Source: Candidatus Odinarchaeia archaeon (lineage in GTDB: Archaea > Asgardarchaeota > Odinarchaeia > Odinarchaeales > Odinarchaeaceae). Taken from it: a stretch of DNA of 32,000 nucleotides. This document shows, piece after piece, positions 26,377 through 32,000 of this stretch (position 1 is its first letter; each line of letters begins with the position of its first letter). The stretch covers positions 6,370 to 38,369 of the forward strand of contig JAHQXC010000003.1 in the NCBI GenBank assembly GCA_029856525.1. Direction: 5' to 3'. The notes beneath the pieces were generated by a model that was not told the origin of the DNA, did no database searches, and saw nothing but the letters and a program-made list of their open reading frames with translations. A program made the translations under genes and the position numbers.

Positions 26377-26513
26377 TTTAACATTCATCCAGTTTAAGCT
26401 TAACTAACATAGCTATTAATAAATATATCGGTTAATTTCCATTGGAGAAGACAAACATTATATATTATGATAAAACTGTCTAAACCGTGTAAAAACATGT
26501 GCTCTGTGTCGAT

Positions 26514-27347
26514 ATGTTTAACTTTAAACCTGTTCACCTGTTTAAGTCTTGGAGTGAACTCGAAGAGCGAATAAGAGAAGCGGATAGAATAATTCTATTC
26601 TTAGACTATGATGGAACACTCCTCCCTATAGTTGAACGGCCTGAGCTCGCTGTAGCCGACGAAGAGTTGAAGACTCTTTTAAATAATCTAGCAGCCGACT
26701 CTAAGATTAAAGTCATCATTGCTAGCGGTAGAGCTATTCAAACATTAAAACAATTAATTCCATTAAGAAACGTGGTTTACGCCGGTGATCATGGAATAAA
26801 TATTGAATTCCCTACAGGGGAAGAATTTAAATGGCGTAAAGCTAGACAAGTCAACCCTCTTATAGATAAAATCTATAATGAACTATCCGAGTGTTTTAGA
26901 AGCGAACCGGATGTAATCATTGAGAAAAAGAACTCTAATCTAAGCGTGCACTACAAGCTTTTAAAAGACGCTAATAAGATTAACGGAGTGATTCAAAAAA
27001 CTTATAGAATAGTTGAAAACCATGATAAAACAGGCTTACTTCAAGTATTCGAAGGATTTAAAATCATTGAAATACGCGCTAAAGGATGGGATAAAGGCAA
27101 AGTTGTTGAAATAGTATGTGAAAAACTAAAAACCACCAGCCGCGACCTAATATTCTTCATAGGAGATGATATAACAGACGAGGACGGCTTCAAAAAGATT
27201 AAACCTACAGGTATATCTATACTCGTTAAAAATGAAAATAACCGTGAAACCTCCGCTGATTATTTTCTACACAATCCGTTAGAGGTAAGACAGTTTCTCC
27301 GCTATTTTCTATCCGCTCACAATATATTGGATTCCGCCTCCACTTAA
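26514..27347 (+). CDS. otsB: Trehalose-6-phosphate phosphatase (HAD IIB)
   Basis: LFLDYDGTL, IASGR, YAGDHG, SVHY, IEIR..GWDKG, IGDDITDEDGF. Confidence 0.88.
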   Translation: MFNFKPVHLFKSWSELEERIREADRIILFLDYDGTLLPIVERPELAVADEELKTLLNNLAADSKIKVIIASGRAIQTLKQLIPLRNVVYAGDHGINIEFPTGEEFKWRKARQVNPLIDKIYNELSECFRSEPDVIIEKKNSNLSVHYKLLKDANKINGVIQKTYRIVENHDKTGLLQVFEGFKIIEIRAKGWDKGKVVEIVCEKLKTTSRDLIFFIGDDITDEDGFKKIKPTGISILVKNENNRETSADYFLHNPLEVRQFLRYFLSAHNILDSAST

Positions 27348-27409
27348 CCTAAGCTGTCAAAGCCGCTGAAATTTGAAAGATAACAGGCCCCTCATTTACA
27401 CGGCTTAAA

Positions 27410-29131
27410 TCAGAACCGGTAAACTCTAATATTTGAAACAGTGTAAACTAGAATAAAAGAGGAGTCTCCTTCTAATAACATCGTTAAATTAGGGTAACTG
27501 TCCACGTTCACTAGTAGATAATGGTATTCACTGTTTAAAAGTTCTGAGATAATAGTATCGTTCACAGCTGTTTCATTAAAAACATATGTAGCGTTTGTGC
27601 CGACGAATCTAGGGTTTAACAGCGCCCTTGACGGTAATATGATAGAAGGATAAACCATCACTCGCTCAGAGTAATCAGCATGGTTATTCAGCCATGTTAA
27701 CGCTTGGTACTCAGATCTGTTAATAGCGAAATCCCAGTATCCTTCACCTATAAGAGCGGTTAACCCGATAGTGGACTGAAATATGATGGTTCCAATTATA
27801 AAGAGGGGGATCGTATATTTAGAGGTATTACCTCTGCCAGATTCTTTAATTAGTTTCACAGTTTTCTCCATTCCAAAACACGCGGTTATACTGCTAGCGA
27901 TACTCATATACATGAGGTATCTTATCGGAGGCCATGGAACACCTAGGAACCCGGATGGTAGAAATGTGAAAAAAGTTGATACAATTAATAATATGAAAAA
28001 TATTTTTAGTAAAGGTGCACCGTTTCTTAGAGAATATAATCCTCCAATAAATGCTAGAGTATATGTTATCAATCCAGCCGAGTAAAACAAATAATGGATG
28101 AATTGAGGTCTATTACTAGACGTGTATGAAAATTCTAGGAAATATTTTATTATAAATGGGAAGAATAATTCAACTACAGCTATAATAACAGAGGATAGTA
28201 ATATTAAAAATACAAGTATTATCTTCGTCTCCTTATAGTGGATTACATACCTATGAGTTGCCAGATAATATAATCCATATATTAAAAGAGTGATTAAGAT
28301 AATCATCGCAGTCGGACTGTGAATAATATAAACCCCTATTATTAGAAAAATTCCTGGAATCCGTTTTAATCCTCTCTGCGATGTGAAATATAAGCACGCT
28401 GGTAAAATAGCGAAAGCCACGTTTTGAGGTAAACCTAGCATACCGTAGCTGGCTAGAAAATAGGATGCTGAAAAAACTAAACCAGCGAATAAAGAGTATA
28501 CTTTATTTTCTCCTAGTATCCTGTTAGCTACACATATAACAGCGACGACACCTATTGAAAAATATAAGCTGACAGATAGAAGCTGGATGAATAAGTATGT
28601 GAGATCCAAGTTTATCAGAGAGGATATCCCTGCTATATAAGCGTAACCGCTTGGATATAAAGGTTTAAAAGATATAAGCGAATGTCCGTGGTAAACAATA
28701 TTCTTAGATATATTCAACCAATACCATGGATCCCAGGCCATTAAAATCTCGTTTACTAATGGGACACTGACTCTTATAACCAATCCGAAAGCTAAAACAA
28801 GTAATATAAGTATGAGGCTTTTATCTTTAGATAGTTTAAGTTTAAACTGCTCTATTATATGTTTTCTCCGTGAAATCAAAGCTGTGAAGATAATAATGAG
28901 TGTCGGAATTATAACATTGATAAAATTCACTCCTACAGTGTAATCTAAGATAAAACCTAAAACAGATAAGTAAGCTGACCCGAAACAAAATGAATAAGCG
29001 AATATTTCTATATCGTTAAATTCGCTTTTCAAATTCTTATAGAATATAAGAAGTATAGACCAACCTGAAATTAAATTAATAAATATAATCCAGCACAACC
29101 ATGCGAATATTATAGTCACGGTTAAAACCAT
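27410..29131 (-). CDS. Polytopic membrane protein, GT-C-like glycosyltransferase candidate
   Basis: Many TM segments; WDPWYW in the first external loop, YPSGY; soluble C-terminal domain ending V.VY. Confidence 0.65.
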   Translation of the reverse strand: MVLTVTIIFAWLCWIIFINLISGWSILLIFYKNLKSEFNDIEIFAYSFCFGSAYLSVLGFILDYTVGVNFINVIIPTLIIIFTALISRRKHIIEQFKLKLSKDKSLILILLVLAFGLVIRVSVPLVNEILMAWDPWYWLNISKNIVYHGHSLISFKPLYPSGYAYIAGISSLINLDLTYLFIQLLSVSLYFSIGVVAVICVANRILGENKVYSLFAGLVFSASYFLASYGMLGLPQNVAFAILPACLYFTSQRGLKRIPGIFLIIGVYIIHSPTAMIILITLLIYGLYYLATHRYVIHYKETKIILVFLILLSSVIIAVVELFFPFIIKYFLEFSYTSSNRPQFIHYLFYSAGLITYTLAFIGGLYSLRNGAPLLKIFFILLIVSTFFTFLPSGFLGVPWPPIRYLMYMSIASSITACFGMEKTVKLIKESGRGNTSKYTIPLFIIGTIIFQSTIGLTALIGEGYWDFAINRSEYQALTWLNNHADYSERVMVYPSIILPSRALLNPRFVGTNATYVFNETAVNDTIISELLNSEYHYLLVNVDSYPNLTMLLEGDSSFILVYTVSNIRVYRF

Positions 29132-29148
29132 TTGAAAACCCTCATAAT

Positions 29149-29562
29149 TTATTTAGACAAACTGTTATAGCAGGTGAATAACTTTTCACAATATGAACCG
29201 AATAATGTTGAAGAGACTATAATCAAGGTCACGGCAAGTCTTGCGGTTAATGGAAATTGAAAAGACTGGTCGATTATAAAACTACAACTGTTAATTACTA
29301 ATATTATAATAATAGACGCTATAATAGATGTTTTAATATTTTTTAATAAATAACTGACCGCGCCGGCTGAAAACGCGGATAAAGCAGCGTAAGCGAGAAA
29401 CGTGTAGATGTTAAAGAACCCGACCATAAAAATAGTGTTCAATGTGATCATTATATTATTTAAACCGTAGGCGGCTATCATCGGAATCAGGTTAGCTGGT
29501 ATGAGGATTAAAAAATACAGTGTTATGAAAACGGGGATATTCTTTAAATCTTTCATTACCAT
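29149..29562 (-). CDS. Small membrane protein (about 4 TM)
   Basis: 137 aa, almost entirely hydrophobic; co-oriented with the GT-C-like gene. Confidence 0.65.
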   Translation of the reverse strand: MVMKDLKNIPVFITLYFLILIPANLIPMIAAYGLNNIMITLNTIFMVGFFNIYTFLAYAALSAFSAGAVSYLLKNIKTSIIASIIIILVINSCSFIIDQSFQFPLTARLAVTLIIVSSTLFGSYCEKLFTCYNSLSK

Positions 29563-29634
29563 CCCTTTAAAATAAAATTTTAGTTATCGTAAACAATTAA
29601 TATTATAATATTACATTAATATTTATTTCAAACG

Positions 29635-30807
29635 GTGAAAGTATTGGATTTACTTATGATCGCTAATATCTCTTTACCCCCATCTACAGGGGATGCTGTT
29701 CACTTTCTAGAATTAGCCCGCTACTTTAGTAAACATAAAGTGAACGTATTAACGGTTATCCCTAAACCTTTGAAAGAATTTAAAAATAATCTCGGAGTTA
29801 AATACTATTTCTACCATCGTTTTAATGTGAGACTGCTTGGCGGCTTCCTCAGCTTGCTAGCTATGGCTTTAACTGTTCTACGTATCTGCGCTGCTAGGCG
29901 AGTTGACGCAATCTACCTGCGTCAACCAACATTTTTTTTCATAATTAATTTTATCGCTAGATTGTTTAAAGTGCCTGTTTTTTTTGAAGTAAACGGATTA
30001 TACTCTTATGAAGAGAAGGCTAGAGGTGGAGCGGCTTTTAAAATATGGTTTTACAGGTTTTTAGATAATCTTGCAATACGTAAAGCTAAAGGGGTTATAT
30101 CTGTAAGCTCAGGGTTATATGATTACGCTGTTAGTATAAGGGAATGCGGTGAAAATATTTTAGCCTCATCTAATGCGGTTAGCCTTGAATTATTCAATAA
30201 AACTTTTGATAAAGTGGAAATCAGAAAAAAATATAAGCTTGGCGATAACCTATTTCTGATTTTTATCGGTAATTTAACTCCATGGTATGATTTCACCACT
30301 CTGTTGGAGGCTATGAGCATTATTCAAGGATATCGTTCTGATATTAAATTACTTATAGTAGGAGGGGGGATACTTGAAAAAGAGATTAAAAATTCTATCA
30401 GAAGAATGGGTTTAAATAACGTGATTATGCTCGGCGCCGTCCCCCACTCTGAAATACCTGAACTTTTAAGTATAGCGGAAATAGGTTTGCTTCCTTTAAA
30501 AAAAATACCGCATAATCTATTCGTGGATATTCCGGTAAAAGTATTAGAGTATTTCGCCGCCGGTAAACCGGTTATTTCCTATAATATAGGCGGGGTTTCA
30601 AAACTTGTTATCGACGATTACACAGGCTTCCTTGTTTCAAATAACACGCCCCATGATCTAGCTGAGAAAATATTATATCTTTTAAATCACCCTGAGAAAG
30701 CAGAAATTCTAGGTTTAAACGCTAGGAGAATCTGCAGTGAAAAATATTCTTGGGATACTGTTTCAAAGCAAATCATAGATTTTATTAGTTTAATTATACA
30801 AAAATAA
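29635..30807 (+). CDS. Glycosyltransferase family 4
   Basis: GDAVH, FEVNG, FIGNL, IVGGG, VPHSEIP, PVKVLEYFAAGKPVI, YSWD. Confidence 0.92.
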   Translation: MKVLDLLMIANISLPPSTGDAVHFLELARYFSKHKVNVLTVIPKPLKEFKNNLGVKYYFYHRFNVRLLGGFLSLLAMALTVLRICAARRVDAIYLRQPTFFFIINFIARLFKVPVFFEVNGLYSYEEKARGGAAFKIWFYRFLDNLAIRKAKGVISVSSGLYDYAVSIRECGENILASSNAVSLELFNKTFDKVEIRKKYKLGDNLFLIFIGNLTPWYDFTTLLEAMSIIQGYRSDIKLLIVGGGILEKEIKNSIRRMGLNNVIMLGAVPHSEIPELLSIAEIGLLPLKKIPHNLFVDIPVKVLEYFAAGKPVISYNIGGVSKLVIDDYTGFLVSNNTPHDLAEKILYLLNHPEKAEILGLNARRICSEKYSWDTVSKQIIDFISLIIQK

Positions 30808-30864
30808 TTTTAAGTAAATTCTTCAAAATCTATAGAATGTAAATCTATCATCAGGTGCTTACGG

Positions 30865-31983
30865 GTGAGAATCCTACAAGTATCAGCTTATCCACCAGGC
30901 CGCTACGGCGGCTCAGAGAGGTTTGCGATACAGTTATCTGAGAGATTAGCTGAAAGAGGCCATGAAGTCACGCTCCTCACATCTAATTTTGATAAACAAG
31001 TATTCTACGAAGAAGTGAATAGAGTTAAAATCTACCGTTATAAGTGTATAAATAATCTTTGGAATGTAAACCCTTTAACGATAATTCTACCTAAACTTCT
31101 TAGAGAGGGAGGCAATTACGATGTAGTTCACGCCCATGGGCATATATTTTTCACTTCTAATCAGGTTGCTTTAGCTAAAATATTTAAAAAATACAAGTAT
31201 GTTCTTCACCTTCACGGTGGAATCATACCTGAATCGAATAGTTCCGGGGAGAAACGTTTCTTGGTTAAAAAATGGTTTTACGATCCTACAATAGGCTATT
31301 TCACTGTGAAAACAGCGGATATAATCGCCTCGGTTTCAAAACGTGATATAGAGAGCGCGGTTAAAATTTTTAGATGTGAACGTGAAAAGTTTGTTTGGAT
31401 ACCTCCAGCGGTTGACACTAAGAAATTCTGTAATAATCATAACTCTAATAATGGATTCAATAATATAACCTTCATCGGGCGGCTTGAACCCTGGAAGGGA
31501 GCTGACTTATTTATTGAGATAGCTAAAAAAATATCTAGAATTAACTCTGACACCCGCTTCACAGTCGTCGGCGACGGGTCTTTAAAATATGAGTTGATTA
31601 AATCAGCTGCAGGTTATCCTATCAGATTTTTAGGAGCGGTTAACCATGATAACATCCCTAATATATTATCTGAGAGCACTGTTCTAATACTTCCTTCGAG
31701 ACTGGAGGGTTTGCCTACAGTGTGTATTGAAGCATTAGCCTGCGGTGTACCGGTTATCGCCTCTAACGTCGGAGGGACCTGTGAGATAGTTCAACACGGC
31801 CGAACAGGGTTTATTTTCAACCTTCACGAATTAGATAAAGCTGTAGAGTACGCGTTGAATATAATCAATAACCCTGATTTAAAGTTGAAAATGGGATTAA
31901 CCGGTAGTAGAATTGTTGAAAAATTATTTTCATGGGATGAAATTACTAGGAGAGTTGAAGAACTCTATAGTAAAATAGTTTAA
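30865..31983 (+). CDS. Glycosyltransferase family 4
   Basis: YPPGRYGGSE, GHEVTLLT, DVVHAH, FIGRLEPWKG, LPSRLEGLPTVCIEALACGVPVI, FSWD. Confidence 0.93.
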   Translation: MRILQVSAYPPGRYGGSERFAIQLSERLAERGHEVTLLTSNFDKQVFYEEVNRVKIYRYKCINNLWNVNPLTIILPKLLREGGNYDVVHAHGHIFFTSNQVALAKIFKKYKYVLHLHGGIIPESNSSGEKRFLVKKWFYDPTIGYFTVKTADIIASVSKRDIESAVKIFRCEREKFVWIPPAVDTKKFCNNHNSNNGFNNITFIGRLEPWKGADLFIEIAKKISRINSDTRFTVVGDGSLKYELIKSAAGYPIRFLGAVNHDNIPNILSESTVLILPSRLEGLPTVCIEALACGVPVIASNVGGTCEIVQHGRTGFIFNLHELDKAVEYALNIINNPDLKLKMGLTGSRIVEKLFSWDEITRRVEELYSKIV

Positions 31984-32000
31984 TTTAAATCCTGTTTTTT

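Noticed and set aside
696-27000. Shadow ORFs in the track (696-944, 1059-1307, 2596-2787, 4469-4666, 5239-5421, 5672-5923, 6086-6268, 10112-10411, 12770-12982, 13274-13768, 14294-14476, 16203-16388, 19049-19273, 22039-22314, 22793-23182, 25179-25445)
   Set aside because: Each overlaps a better-supported gene on the other strand or frame and has antisense-like composition with no motifs.
27783-30320. ORFs 27783-28085 (+) and 30123-30320 (-)
   Set aside because: Antisense to the GT-C-like and GT4 genes; no independent support.

Overview
AT-rich archaeal chromosomal segment, most likely an Asgard archaeon of the Odinarchaeia type. This is an inference from a gelsolin-like ORF, archaeal uS7/proteasome-beta/AdkA, and an adenylate kinase that resembles, from memory, the characterised Odinarchaeota enzyme. 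Most of the window is housekeeping or metabolic: Opp/Dpp ATPase, pheA, SDR, psmB, mobB, rps7, adkA, radical SAM/SPASM, isocitrate/isopropylmalate DH, LarA-like, HflX-like, a methyltransferase-ATP-grasp fusion, trehalose-6-P phosphatase, a GT-C-like membrane protein and two GT4 glycosyltransferases. The unusual part is 9991-16477. It holds (i) a compact regulatory cassette with two paralogous 100-aa helical ORFs, a double Lrp/AsnC wHTH regulator, a micro-ORF with its own SD, three palindromic boxes at exact 19-bp spacing and an AbrB-type protein; and (ii) a divergently transcribed pair made of an E2F/DP-family winged-helix protein (KRRIYD motif) and a 281-aa protein whose motif pattern resembles kinetochore CENP-N/Chl4, followed by PDCD5-like and gelsolin-like genes. 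No rRNA, tRNA, CRISPR array, integrase or transposase was recognised. The supplied ORF track labels 5650..6435 as +, but the protein reads on the minus strand. All family assignments are by motif recognition without database searches.
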